Made by a program: the position numbers and the translations under genes. DNA of 64,000 nt from Desulfotignum sp. (GTDB lineage Bacteria > Desulfobacterota > Desulfobacteria > Desulfobacterales > Desulfobacteraceae): the NCBI GenBank assembly GCA_011390335.1, contig JAABSO010000015.1:8972-72971 (forward strand). Direction: 5' to 3'. How positions within the stretch are numbered: position 1 is the first letter of the stretch; each line of letters opens with the position of its first letter. Shown in pieces: positions 29,101 to 37,971 of the stretch. Below the pieces are notes generated by a model. It was not told the origin of the DNA. It did not search any database and saw only the letters and a list, made by a program, of their open reading frames with translations.

Positions 29101-29613
29101 GCCACCCTGCTGGTGATATTCATCCTGCTGTATATCCATTTTGGCAACCTTACAGAGGTGGTCATTGTGATGGCCAGTCTGCCTTTTTCTCTGATCGGGG
29201 GGTTCTGGCTGATCTATCTTCTGGGATACAACATGTCTGTGGCCGTGGGGGTGGGGTTTATCGCCCTGGCAGGACTTGCCACGGAAACCGGCATTGTCAT
29301 GCTGGTGTACCTGGATGAGGTGTATAAACGTAAAAAAAAGGAAAACCGCATGCGCACGGCATCCGACCTGTACGGGGCAGTTGTTGAAGGGGCGGTGGAC
29401 AGGGTCCGGCCCAAAATTATGACCGTTGCCACCACCCTGATCGGTCTTTTGCCGGTGATGTACGGCAGCGGGGCCGGCTCCCAGATCATGAAGCGCATTG
29501 CAGCACCCATGGTGGGGGGACTTGTGTCTTCCGCCATCATGACTTTGATTATCATTCCGGTAATCTACATTCTGTGGAAAACCCGGGAAATTAATAAAAA
29601 CAATAATATATAA
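26131..29613 (+). CDS. cusA: CusA/CzcA-family heavy-metal efflux RND permease (Cu/Ag type)
   Basis: DAIPDLSDVQVI, LGPDATGVGWV, SEFMPPLNEGDLLYMP, APLSMIET, NAWTMPIKTRIDML, RVRPKIMT. Confidence 0.93.
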   Translation: MIDKIIEWSVHNKFMVVLATFFVIAGGILAMVNTPLDAIPDLSDVQVIIYTEYPGQAPQVVEDQITYPLTTAMLSVPFAKVVRGYSFFGYSFVYLIFEDGTDIYWARSRVMEYLNFVSGRLPAGVTPSLGPDATGVGWVYQYILQDTTGETDLAELRSLQDWFVRYELTAVPGVSEVASIGGFVKQYQVEVDPNKLASYGISIRKIKNAIQQSNADVGGKLIEMGETEFMVRGLGYISSVEDIAQIVVSFDDKGTPILLGDIANIQIGPELRRGILEWNGEGETVGGIVVMRYGENALEVIKRVKEKLRDLEKGLPEGVEILTGYDRSALIERAVDTLKTKLTEEMIVVALVCIIFLLHFRSAFVAIFTLPVGILMSFMIMYPFNVNANIMSLGGIAIAIGVMVDASIVMVENAHKHLERDRGKKSHTQIIIDASKEVGPALFFSLLIITVSFLPVFSLMEQSGRLFKPLAYTKTTAMAASSVLAITIIPVLMIFFVREHPIDPALPKKAKAKIWVPALAGPPLAVVCAGLAGLPLPDISLVLALGLSVFFGICLFPQKIIAEKNNPLNRFLIWIYLPAIKWVLQWRKITILVAVAAIAITWYPMTRVGSEFMPPLNEGDLLYMPTTLPGISITKAKELLQQTDKIIQRFPEVKTTLGKVGRAETSTDPAPLSMIETVIMLRPEITYEMVDTPRFFSAWPAWLKKPLTWIWPEQVKGEILHEWRKKQIDRFYAGWPGWLAAPFEWILPEERYITMQELIDDLDAAVKFPGVTNAWTMPIKTRIDMLSTGIKTPVGIKVLGPDLETLADLGEQIESLLRDKKGTLSVFSERVTGGNYLDFTINRQEIARYGLTVQDVQDIIKTAIGGMNVTYTVEGLERYPVNLRYNREFRDNLHMIRRVFVPTPSGAKVPLTQLADIAVKKGPAGIKSENSKRSAWVFVDIKGMDLGTYVKQARQLVDENIDLPSGYSLVWSGQYEYMEKAKKTLQLIIPATLLVIFILLYIHFGNLTEVVIVMASLPFSLIGGFWLIYLLGYNMSVAVGVGFIALAGLATETGIVMLVYLDEVYKRKKKENRMRTASDLYGAVVEGAVDRVRPKIMTVATTLIGLLPVMYGSGAGSQIMKRIAAPMVGGLVSSAIMTLIIIPVIYILWKTREINKNNNI

Positions 29614-29628
29614 GAAAGGATGTTACCC

Positions 29629-30126
29629 ATGAAAAAAATATCATTAACAATTATTTGTCTTGTTACCCTGGCAGCTGCCCTGGTTTTCTTTTCAAGCACT
29701 GCTTCTGCAATGGATGACGGCCATGATATGGATTCATCTGACAAAATCGGAGAGCTGTTCCATGAATCCATGCAAAACGGGTATATGCTGTCCTATTATC
29801 TGATGGACCTTCGGGATCAGGGTGATGACAAGGCTGCTGACCATTCCTCAGGGGATCATGCTTCCCATGGAGAAAAACAGATGGACAAGCCCCATCACAT
29901 CATGGTGTATATCATGGACCAGGACCATGAACCTGTGACAGATGCAAAGGTGGGGTTTCTGATTAAAAACGGTGCCGGTGAAACCCAGAAAATCATGGCC
30001 ATGTACATGAGTAAAGGGTTTGGCATCACTGCTGACATGAAGGCAAAAGGGGTGTATGAGATCGCGGTCAAGGCGGTGGTTGACGACGTTACCCTCATGG
30101 ACCGGTTCAACCATGAAATGAAGTAG
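29629..30126 (+). CDS. Exported His/Met-rich protein, putative periplasmic metal chaperone
   Basis: Signal peptide (..TASA), MDDGHDMD, DHSSGDHASH, PHHIMVY, KIMAMYM. Confidence 0.75.
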   Translation: MKKISLTIICLVTLAAALVFFSSTASAMDDGHDMDSSDKIGELFHESMQNGYMLSYYLMDLRDQGDDKAADHSSGDHASHGEKQMDKPHHIMVYIMDQDHEPVTDAKVGFLIKNGAGETQKIMAMYMSKGFGITADMKAKGVYEIAVKAVVDDVTLMDRFNHEMK

Positions 30127-30227
30127 CCGGATGCCGGTATTGAAGCCGCCTGTCTGGCCGCTCCCTAAGGTTTGGGTTGATCCCTCCGGGGGGCACCTGT
30201 CCCGAGGGTGGTCCCGGTGGATTGAAA

Positions 30228-30355
30228 GACCCGTGTCAGGCGGTCTCGGATGGTCAAAAGACCCGTAACGGGAGGCAGCGGCTGGTCAGAAGACCCGTAC
30301 CGAGTGGTACCGGATGATCAAATGACCCGTGCCGGGCGGTTCCTGTGGGTCTCAC
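30228..30355. repeat. Degenerate tandem array of 32-bp units (4 clear copies, a 5th decayed at ~30194)
   Basis: GACCCGT starts at 30228, 30260, 30292, 30324. Confidence 0.88.
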
Positions 30356-30524
30356 CCGTCTGACTTGTTTGACAGGGTGTACGGCTTGGCGCAGCTAAAC
30401 GGCAAAAACTGCGGGCAGGTATGTCCTCATACAGTTTGCCGTTCTTAACGCTGCGCATGCCTACACCCTGTAACAAACAAGATCAGAATGGGATTCGACC
30501 CACAGGAACCGCCCGGCACTAGTC
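30324..30524. repeat. ~200-bp imperfect palindrome (REPIN/MITE-like long hairpin)
   Basis: gtgccgggcggttcctgtgggtc pairs with gacccacaggaaccgcccggcac; inner stems cttgtttg/caaacaag, acagggtgta/tacaccctgt, gcgcagc/gctgcgc, acggcaaa/tttgccgt. Confidence 0.88.
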
Positions 30525-30725
30525 GCTGACGGCAGCGGTGCACACCGGTGAAACATTGGACCCACAGGGGGCGGGTATCAAGCAGCTGAACAGGATGTGG
30601 TTATATGCGGTGGCCTTGCTCGGGCCTTGGTTCCTTGCTGAATGGAAGCCTTGTATGGCAAAGCGGACCCGGGGAGCATTTGTACGGCGGAGCCCCTGGT
30701 GGGTGACCAATGTCGGGCCTAACAA

Positions 30726-31847
30726 TCAGAGCATCAGGGATGTCAGGTATTTCAGGCCGTTTCTGATTTCAATCCGGCCGGCTTTCTGTTCCTGTTTCAG
30801 GTTTTTGACCAGTTGCATCCCCGGGGTGTGATACCGTTTATTGAAATTGACAAGGGATCTGGCCGGTGACGGGTCGGACAGCTTGACCTCGATCATCAGT
30901 TCCGGGCCTCTGCTGCCGGCAATGCAAAAATCCACTTCCGCCTTGTCCTTGGTTCTCAAATAGTGCAATGTGCAGGGTTTGCCCAGGTAATCATTAAGCG
31001 CATACACGTGTTTCAACAGGGATACCGCCACCAGGTTTTCAAATTTTATTCCCGCATCTCCCTCCACCATGCCGGTGTCAAAAAAATAGATTTTGGGTTC
31101 CTTTAAAATGGACCGGGCAATGTTTTTTGAATAAGGGGCGGTCCGGAAAACAATATACAGGGATTCAAAAATCCGGATGTATTTTTTAACAGTGTTGGGC
31201 GATATTCCCGCATCCCCGGCAATGGATGTGTAGGATACCGGAGATCCCACCCGGGACCGGAGCAGTTCAAGCACCAAAGAGATGGCCTTGAAATCGTGGA
31301 TTTTTTCAAAATCAAGGATATCGGTTCGAATGAGTCCATCAATATACTGCATGCGCCAGCGGTTTGTCTCAACAGGATCATCTTCAAGGAATGGTTCCGG
31401 AAAACCCCCGTGAACAAGCAGTTTTTCCATATCAACCGGCTGGTTGATCAAAGACAGTTCAGCCGGTGAAAACGGGAGCAGCCGGTGTTTGAAGAATCTG
31501 CCGGCCATGGAATCGCCTCCGGCGGCAAATGCGTCCAGCCGGGCACTGCCTGTCACCAGTATTTTCATGAAAGGAGGCCGTGTATCAAAAATTCCTTTGA
31601 CCACATTTTTCCATCCTGGCATCTTGTGGATCTCATCCAGAATCAGCAGGTCGGTGTCATCCAGCCAGGCCTGAGCTGTTATGATTTTTCTGTCTTTTAC
31701 ATGATCATAATTGAGATAGACGCTGTTGGGAAATGATGCGGCAATATCCTGTGCCAGCCAGGTTTTTCCCACCTGACGCGGTCCTGTCAGGAACACCAGT
31801 TTTTTGTTCAGGTCTTTTAGAATGAATTTTTTCTGGTATCTGTCCAT
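30726..31847 (-). CDS. AAA+ ATPase with DUF4143 domain
   Basis: LTGPRQVGKT, ILDEIHK, VTGSA, HGGFPE, PKIYFFDTG, FENLV, EVDF...IEVK. Confidence 0.9.
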   Translation of the reverse strand: MDRYQKKFILKDLNKKLVFLTGPRQVGKTWLAQDIAASFPNSVYLNYDHVKDRKIITAQAWLDDTDLLILDEIHKMPGWKNVVKGIFDTRPPFMKILVTGSARLDAFAAGGDSMAGRFFKHRLLPFSPAELSLINQPVDMEKLLVHGGFPEPFLEDDPVETNRWRMQYIDGLIRTDILDFEKIHDFKAISLVLELLRSRVGSPVSYTSIAGDAGISPNTVKKYIRIFESLYIVFRTAPYSKNIARSILKEPKIYFFDTGMVEGDAGIKFENLVAVSLLKHVYALNDYLGKPCTLHYLRTKDKAEVDFCIAGSRGPELMIEVKLSDPSPARSLVNFNKRYHTPGMQLVKNLKQEQKAGRIEIRNGLKYLTSLML

Positions 31848-31858
31848 AACCCTCCTTC

Positions 31859-31929
31859 GACTATTGTGCATTAAAATGCAAAATAGTCAAGACTATTTTG
31901 CAATACTGTTCAAAATAGTCTTGATTTTG
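31859..31929. promoter_or_regulatory. Operator-like dyad array upstream of the AAA+ gene
   Basis: tgcaaaatagtc-aa-gactattttgca (31877-31902) flanked by half-sites gactattgtgca (31859) and caaaatagtc (31911). Confidence 0.65.
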
Positions 31930-32038
31930 GTATATCAAATCCCATTTGCATTGACATATCTATGTGAAAACAGCATTTTATTGATATGGTTATGGGGGGT
32001 CATCCTGGCTGGAACAACAGAGATAAAGAAAATGTGAC

Positions 32039-32842
32039 ATGCTTTATTATCGCAAAATGGGATCAGGACCGCCGGTGATTCTGGTCCACGGCCTGCTGGG
32101 GTCCTGTGCCACCATGGGGACGCTGGCAAAGGGGCTGGCCCGAAAATTTGAAGTGCTGGCCGTTGATTTGAGAAATCATGGCAGCTCTTTTCATGCCGCC
32201 ACCATGACGTACAGGGAGATGGCCTGGGACCTGGTCCGATTCATGGATGAAAAAAAACTGGTGTCTGCCTGTGTGACCGGCCATTCCATGGGGGGGAAAT
32301 GCGCCATGCAGCTGGCCATGGATTTTCCTGACAGGGTAAACCGCCTGGCAGTGCTGGACATGGCCCCAAGGGCATATGAACCTTTGTGGAAACCCTATAT
32401 CCGGGCTATGCTGGATCTGGATCTGTCACAGATAACCAGGCGGGACCAGGCTGACCAGCACCTGGCATCGGCCATCCCGGACAGGGATTTGAGAACATTT
32501 TTTCTCCAGAATTTGAGAACTTCCGGCAATAATGACTTTTTTTGGCGGTCCAATCTTGCCGCGATCCTGGCATCCCAGGATGATATCTGTGCCAGGATAT
32601 CCGGCAGCCCCTATCCCGGAGAGTCCCTTTTCATAAGGGGAGGAAAATCCGATTTTATCCAGGACGCAGACTGGGATGAGATCAAAGATCTGTTCCCAAA
32701 GGCCGGGCTCAAGACCATTGCCCGGGCAGGCCATCTGGTGCACATGGAGTATAAGGATCTGGTAACCCAACTGTTGGCAGCTTTTTTCCAGGAAAAACCC
32801 CGGTCTCCCAATAGCGGCCATGCCCTGCCGGGTACAACATAA
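32039..32842 (+). CDS. Alpha/beta hydrolase (YbfF-like esterase)
   Basis: VHGLLGS, VDLRNHGSS, GHSMGGK nucleophile elbow, AGHLVH. Confidence 0.9.
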   Translation: MLYYRKMGSGPPVILVHGLLGSCATMGTLAKGLARKFEVLAVDLRNHGSSFHAATMTYREMAWDLVRFMDEKKLVSACVTGHSMGGKCAMQLAMDFPDRVNRLAVLDMAPRAYEPLWKPYIRAMLDLDLSQITRRDQADQHLASAIPDRDLRTFFLQNLRTSGNNDFFWRSNLAAILASQDDICARISGSPYPGESLFIRGGKSDFIQDADWDEIKDLFPKAGLKTIARAGHLVHMEYKDLVTQLLAAFFQEKPRSPNSGHALPGTT

Positions 32843-32908
32843 TCATGAAAGAATGGGTCAGCAGGCAGTTCTTTCATATAAAAAAATATAGTAAAGAGGT
32901 AGTGTAAT

Positions 32909-33331
32909 ATGGTGCTGCAGATCACCCCTGACATTCAGATTCCTGACAATGAAATTGTGCTGGAAGCCATCCGTGCCCAGGGGGCAGGTGGGCAGCATGT
33001 TAACAAGGTTGCCACGGCCATCCACCTGCGGTTTGATATTGCAGGCTCCAGCCTGCCCGAGGAGGTAAAAACAAGGCTTTTTGCATTCCGGGACCAGCGG
33101 ATTTCCAAAGAGGGCACCATTGTCATCAAAGCCCAGCAGTTCCGCAGCCAGGAGAAAAATAAGGAAGATGCACTGAAACGGCTTAAAAAACTGGTTCTCC
33201 GTGCCATGTCCCGGCCCAAAAAGCGCAAACCCACCCGCGTGTCAAAAAGAGCACAGAAAAAGCGCCTGGACAAAAAAACCAAAAGAGGCAGTGTGAAGCG
33301 GCTGCGGGGATCTGTATCACCGGATGACTGA
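32909..33331 (+). CDS. arfB: Alternative ribosome rescue peptidyl-tRNA hydrolase ArfB
   Basis: RAQGAGGQHVNKV, RSQEKNK, basic C-terminal tail. Confidence 0.95.
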   Translation: MVLQITPDIQIPDNEIVLEAIRAQGAGGQHVNKVATAIHLRFDIAGSSLPEEVKTRLFAFRDQRISKEGTIVIKAQQFRSQEKNKEDALKRLKKLVLRAMSRPKKRKPTRVSKRAQKKRLDKKTKRGSVKRLRGSVSPDD

Positions 33332-33425
33332 GAAATGGTTGACCAGATTTTTGCCGGGATGCCTTTGCAGACAGGCATGTCAGATAAACTAAAGCCATAA
33401 ATATGAAAATAAGAGGAGATATCTG

Positions 33426-34307
33426 ATGCGGCTGGGAATGCATACATACAGCCTTTATCATCACGGGGTTGCCGAGGACTGGGCCGGATTCACATTGCCT
33501 TGGGAACGGCAGATGACCCTGCTTGAAATGATGGATTATATCAAAACCCTGGGACTGGAGGGGCTTCACCTGGATGCCAAAGCCCTGGACCGCATGGATC
33601 CTGCATATTTTGAACAGGTCCGGCAGTATGCGCAGGACAGGGATCTGTATCTGGAATTCAATTTTGCCCTGAAAAGCGGAAATTATGATTCTGCTGTCCA
33701 GTTTGACATCCAGGAGGGTGTCACCATCGCCCATGGCATTGGTGCAGATATCACCAAGATCGGCATGAATTTGAAGCGCCCCCGGCCTGTGGCTGCCGGT
33801 AAATTTCATCCGGACATGATGATCCAGCTGGAAAATGTTGTTCAGAAAGTCACGGCTGCTTTGGGTATGGTGGAGAAAACCGGGGTGAAACTGGCCCTGG
33901 AAAACCATACTGACGCGTTTTCAGAAGAGGTCCTGTGGGTCCTGGACCAAATCGATCATCCGCTGGTGGGGGCCTGCATTGATACAGTCAACGGCATACA
34001 TGTGACGGAAAATCCCATCACAGCCGTGGAAAACCTTGCTCCCCGGGCATTCACCAACCATTTCAGGGACAACAAAATCGTGATCACGCCCTGGGGACTC
34101 AAGTTCACCGGTGCTGCCGTGGGGGAAGGAGACCTGGACATGAAGCAGGCTTATGCCCTGATCCGCAGCAATCCCCACATGAACAGAATCAATATCGAGC
34201 TGGATCTGGACTGCCCCCTGGACAACAAGGAAACCGCCATGGCATTTGAGCGGGATGCTTTACAGCGCAGTATTGCCTATTGCCGGGATGTTCTGGGGGT
34301 GTGTTGA
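33426..34307 (+). CDS. Sugar phosphate isomerase/epimerase-family TIM-barrel protein
   Basis: LALENH, ACIDTVN, TNHFRD, VGEGDLD, INIE metal-ligand pattern. Confidence 0.82.
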   Translation: MRLGMHTYSLYHHGVAEDWAGFTLPWERQMTLLEMMDYIKTLGLEGLHLDAKALDRMDPAYFEQVRQYAQDRDLYLEFNFALKSGNYDSAVQFDIQEGVTIAHGIGADITKIGMNLKRPRPVAAGKFHPDMMIQLENVVQKVTAALGMVEKTGVKLALENHTDAFSEEVLWVLDQIDHPLVGACIDTVNGIHVTENPITAVENLAPRAFTNHFRDNKIVITPWGLKFTGAAVGEGDLDMKQAYALIRSNPHMNRINIELDLDCPLDNKETAMAFERDALQRSIAYCRDVLGVC

Positions 34308-34445
34308 AAACCTTGTGCGCCGTTCGGTTTTCCGGTACGCTCCGGAGCCATGATGAAGTTTCGCGATTTACCTGATTATTTTTGGACCCTGGCTCACCGC
34401 ATCCTCATGGAAAAGCAACTCCCGTAAGACATGCCGGCCGGATTT

Positions 34446-36647
34446 TTATACCGCATCCAACACCTGCCTGACCCTTGCGGCCAGGCCTTTGACACTGAAA
34501 GGCTTCTGGATGAACTGGATCCCTTTTTCCAGAATGCCGTGATGGGCTATGACGTTGGATGTGTACCCGGACATGTACAACACCTTTATGCCGGGATGGG
34601 TTTTGCTGACTTTCAGATAAAGGTCTTTTCCGTTCAGGCCGGGCATGACAACATCGGTGAGCATCATGTGAATTTTTTTGTCATAGCCGGAGACTGTTTC
34701 CAAAGCCTTCTCGCCATTGGCTGCGGCAAGCACCTTATAGCCTTTGTTTTTCAAAACAGCATGTGCCAGCTCCCGCACCTGTTCATTGTCTTCCACCAGC
34801 AGAATGGTTTCAGTGCCGGCAAGGTTGTTATCTTTGTCTCCGGCAGCAGCCGGTTTCATTTCCATATCCTGTGCAAGGGGCAGGTAAATTTTAAAGCTTG
34901 TTCCTTTTTCAGGTTCGGAATACACCCAGATGTTGCCCCCGTGCTGTTTTACGATGCCGTATACCGTTGCAAGCCCCAGACCCGTGCCTTTGTCTCCTTT
35001 GGTGGAAAAAAACGGTTCAAAGATGTTTTTACAGGTCTGTTCATCCATACCGGACCCGGTATCACTGACAGCCAGCAGGGCATAATTGCCCGGTACAACC
35101 CCCTGGCGGGTTTGTGCATAGGATGCATCCAGATCCTTACGGGCGGTTTCTATGGTGAGATACCCCCCATCGGGCATGGCATCTGCCGCATTGACCACCA
35201 GGTTCATTATGACCTGTTCCAGCTGGCCGATATCTGCCATCACAATCTGGGGATCGGAAGACAATGCCAGGGTGATGTGAATGTTTTCCCGGATGGTGCG
35301 CTGCAGCAAAGGCTGAAAATTTGTCACTGCCTGGTTGATATCCACGGGTTTGACCGCAAGGGTCTGTTTCCGGCTGAATGCCAGCAGCTGGCGCACCAGG
35401 TCCCGGGCACGCAGCCCTGCCTGTAAAACCGTATTTACCGATTTCTGCTGTTTTTCTGATATCCCGGGATCTGCGAGCATTAGTTCACTGTAGCCTAAAA
35501 TAGGAGACAGCAGGTTGTTCAAATCATGGGCAACACCCCCGGCCAGGCGCCCGATGGACTCCATTTTCTGAATCTGCCGGTATTGCTCCTCCACCCGGTC
35601 TTTTTCTTTTTGCATCTGTTTGTAGTCGGACAGGTCCAGATCAATAGAGAACAACTCTTTTTCACCGGCAGGGCTGGTTATCATGACATGGCTGGAAAAA
35701 ACCGGAACCGGTTTTCCTGAACGGTTCTGCAGCACCATTTCCCCGGCTGGTATGGGGGTGCCGTTATCATGCCAGACCTGTATGGCTTTTATCGTCTGGG
35801 TGCGCATGTCACCCGGGATGATGAGGTCTTCAAGCTGCTGTCCAAAGGCCTGTTCTCGGGAATATCCATACACGTACTCACTGGCCCGGTTCCAGAATAT
35901 CACCTTGCGTTCTTTGTCATATCCCTGGATGGGTATGTTTTCCACCGCATCAAAAACTGCATGGAGCCGTGCCTCGCTTTGTTGCAGGTTTTCCCGGGTA
36001 GCCTGTTCTTTTTCAAAGGTTTTTTTCAAGCTGTGCAGCATTAAAGCGGTTGTCGTGGAAATCAAGGCATTAATGAACAAAAAATTGCCAGTCATCACCA
36101 GCCATTGTTTCAAAGGGTTTTCAGATGGAATATTCCAGTGCAGCGTTCCGTTTCCAATAAAGACAGCAATCACACCAAAAGCCAGAGCATTGCATGCCAG
36201 GGTGATAAAAGCAGCTTTGAGATCATAAATGGTGCTGACAATGATGGATGCCCCCAGCAACCACACATACCCCGCACCAACAGGTCCAAGAATGACCATC
36301 AATCCTACACCCAGAGAAAAAAGAACAATGAAAATCAGGCTGGCACGTATCTTTAAAGAGAGATTTTTTGAAAATAACACCACCACAGTACCGAGATAGG
36401 CAGCCAGATCCAATATAGCGACACTTCCCAGTCCTTCAGCCATGGAAAGCAGTATGGAAGGCACCAGTACCAAAGGACCAAAAAAACTGGCAGTAAAGCA
36501 GATGATAAACAAAATGCGTTCCTGCCAGAATGTGAATGGATCAGTTTCCCAGACATAGGCAGGCATCAGTTTTTTTTCCAGTGTCTGCCACACCGGTTTT
36601 ATTTTTCCGTACAGATTGATCATGTATCTTTTCCATGTGCGGTTCAT
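34446..36647 (-). CDS. Hybrid sensor histidine kinase/response regulator (multi-TM, PAS)
   Basis: AHDLNNLL, QVIMNLVVNA, FEPFFSTK..GTGLGL, C-terminal REC (LVED, TDVVMP). Confidence 0.92.
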   Translation of the reverse strand: MNRTWKRYMINLYGKIKPVWQTLEKKLMPAYVWETDPFTFWQERILFIICFTASFFGPLVLVPSILLSMAEGLGSVAILDLAAYLGTVVVLFSKNLSLKIRASLIFIVLFSLGVGLMVILGPVGAGYVWLLGASIIVSTIYDLKAAFITLACNALAFGVIAVFIGNGTLHWNIPSENPLKQWLVMTGNFLFINALISTTTALMLHSLKKTFEKEQATRENLQQSEARLHAVFDAVENIPIQGYDKERKVIFWNRASEYVYGYSREQAFGQQLEDLIIPGDMRTQTIKAIQVWHDNGTPIPAGEMVLQNRSGKPVPVFSSHVMITSPAGEKELFSIDLDLSDYKQMQKEKDRVEEQYRQIQKMESIGRLAGGVAHDLNNLLSPILGYSELMLADPGISEKQQKSVNTVLQAGLRARDLVRQLLAFSRKQTLAVKPVDINQAVTNFQPLLQRTIRENIHITLALSSDPQIVMADIGQLEQVIMNLVVNAADAMPDGGYLTIETARKDLDASYAQTRQGVVPGNYALLAVSDTGSGMDEQTCKNIFEPFFSTKGDKGTGLGLATVYGIVKQHGGNIWVYSEPEKGTSFKIYLPLAQDMEMKPAAAGDKDNNLAGTETILLVEDNEQVRELAHAVLKNKGYKVLAAANGEKALETVSGYDKKIHMMLTDVVMPGLNGKDLYLKVSKTHPGIKVLYMSGYTSNVIAHHGILEKGIQFIQKPFSVKGLAARVRQVLDAV

Positions 36648-36736
36648 GCTTCATCCAAAGCGTTCTTTTCTTATACGCAAAGATCCGGCTCTGGTCAACC
36701 AGAGGGTGAAAAGTTCGGGTTATGGCGGATTGGTGC

Positions 36737-36765
36737 TTGACACCGCAAAAAAGAAATGATATTAA
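36737..36765 (+). promoter_or_regulatory. Sigma-70 promoter of tRNA-Pro
   Basis: TTGACA-17 nt-TATTAA with extended -10 TG. Confidence 0.7.
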
Positions 36766-36782
36766 CCCATTCTGTTTTGATT

Positions 36783-36859
36783 CGGGGCGTAGCGCAGTCT
36801 GGTAGCGCACTTGTCTGGGGGACAAGTGGTCGCAAGTTCAAATCTTGCCGTCCCGACCA
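36783..36859 (+). tRNA. tRNA-Pro(GGG)
   Basis: cggggcgtagcgcagtctggtagcgc; anticodon arm cttgt-ctggggg-acaag; T-arm gcaag-ttcaaat-cttgc; encoded CCA; 77 nt. Confidence 0.97.
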
Positions 36860-36867
36860 TTGATAAT

Positions 36868-36902
36868 AAAGGCTTCTGGCATTTTAGTCAGGGGCCTTTT
36901 TT
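36868..36902 (+). terminator. Rho-independent terminator after tRNA-Pro
   Basis: aaaggcttctggc...gtcaggggccttt followed by T-run. Confidence 0.7.
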
Positions 36903-37356
36903 AATATTTGGTTGCGGATTTGTTTTTTTTTGTGAAAATTTTCCTGAAATTGACTCCATTGCTACTTGAAATATTCTCTTCGGTTATTTTGTACAATTTC
37001 ATCCTTCTTTTTGCATGACGACTATATTGTATGGGTTTGGTTAACATTGTTCAAGGGGTTTATGTTCTTTGTATGGGTGTGGGCTTGCATTATGACATTA
37101 TCCGGTGGGGTACTGTCAACCTGTGAGCAGCCATTTTCAGATCGGAACCGCGTTAATGATTTTGTCCAGACGGATTTCATGGGTGTGTCATCAAACAGGC
37201 TTTGGAATCCATAGAGGGCGGTTTGTGTATGGACTGTGACTGAATTTAGTCTGGCAGGCAAAACAATTGGTTGTTTTTGTTCAGGGAAGGGTGTAATGTA
37301 CCGACAAGTTTGTATTTTGTTTATATTTTGGTTATCACATACACGAAAGATGGTAC

Positions 37357-37710
37357 ATGATAAACAAATCTCAGGATAACCAGCAGCAGGCACTTCGCTC
37401 GGAAGTACGCAGCGCGGCTTCAGAATCAGCAAGCATAGCATTCAAGCCCCCGGAGGCTGAAATGGAATACCATTTCAAATTGCGGGATTTTTCTGCTTCC
37501 GGTCTGGGCCTTCTTGTGAAAAAAGATTCCAGACTTTTAAAATATATAGATGCCGGTGATATTTTTCCTGCAAAATATTACAAAGAAAATGCCGCAACAC
37601 CACCTGAAAACCTTAAAGTACAGATTCAGCACATTTCAGCACCCGCGGGAGGCAAACCTGAAAATCATGTGATCGTGGGCCTGTATTTCCTTGAAAAAAT
37701 GCAAAAATAA
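37357..37710 (+). CDS. Stand-alone PilZ-like domain protein
   Basis: RSEVR (RxxxR) and DFSASG (DxSxxG) c-di-GMP motifs. Confidence 0.75.
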   Translation: MINKSQDNQQQALRSEVRSAASESASIAFKPPEAEMEYHFKLRDFSASGLGLLVKKDSRLLKYIDAGDIFPAKYYKENAATPPENLKVQIQHISAPAGGKPENHVIVGLYFLEKMQK

Positions 37711-37857
37711 TTCACATACAGGTTGGTGACACCACAGGTGTCCCTGTAATCATTTCTCCAAAAAAGACACAGCATTCTGTCGCTTATGTCCGCCAATTTA
37801 ATCTTGACTTTCTTTGCTGTATTTATTACTCGAAGATCAGTTTTTTTGGACTTGTGA

Positions 37858-37947
37858 GGGGTCAGGCTTGCGTTATTGGCGTTATTTGCCACTGCCGTTG
37901 TGACCTCAGGACGGCACAAATAATGCCAATAACGCAAGCCTGACCCC
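37858..37947. repeat. 90-bp REPIN/MITE-like palindromic element, copy 1
   Basis: 31-nt arms ggggtcaggcttgcgttattggcgttatttg / caaataatgccaataacgcaagcctgacccc (1 mismatch). Confidence 0.9.
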
Positions 37948-37971
37948 GTTTTCCACAGGAGAAATGAATCC

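Noticed and set aside
30194-30355. 32-bp array as a CRISPR array
   Set aside because: The total period is only 32 bp, the variable parts resemble each other, the constant part is short, and no cas genes are present
30519-30831. ORFs 30519-30725(-) and 30538-30831(+)
   Set aside because: No RBS or motif; they overlap the repeat flank and the AAA+ gene end
34353-34427. 24-aa ORF MKFRDLPDYFWTLAHRILMEKQLP after GGAG
   Set aside because: Too short to support without a homology search; may be chance or a remnant
34431-35426. Long antisense ORFs (also 40398-41378, 23103-24014, 26625-27533, 46148-47098, 15-644 and others)
   Set aside because: Shadow frames opposite well-supported genes; no recognisable motifs
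36783-37350. tRNA-Pro as an integration site of an island
   Set aside because: No integrase nearby, and I saw no duplicated tRNA 3' end in the window
36903-37356. c-di-GMP riboswitch upstream of the PilZ gene
   Set aside because: No GEMM-type two-hairpin motif recognisable; only AT-rich promoter-like DNA
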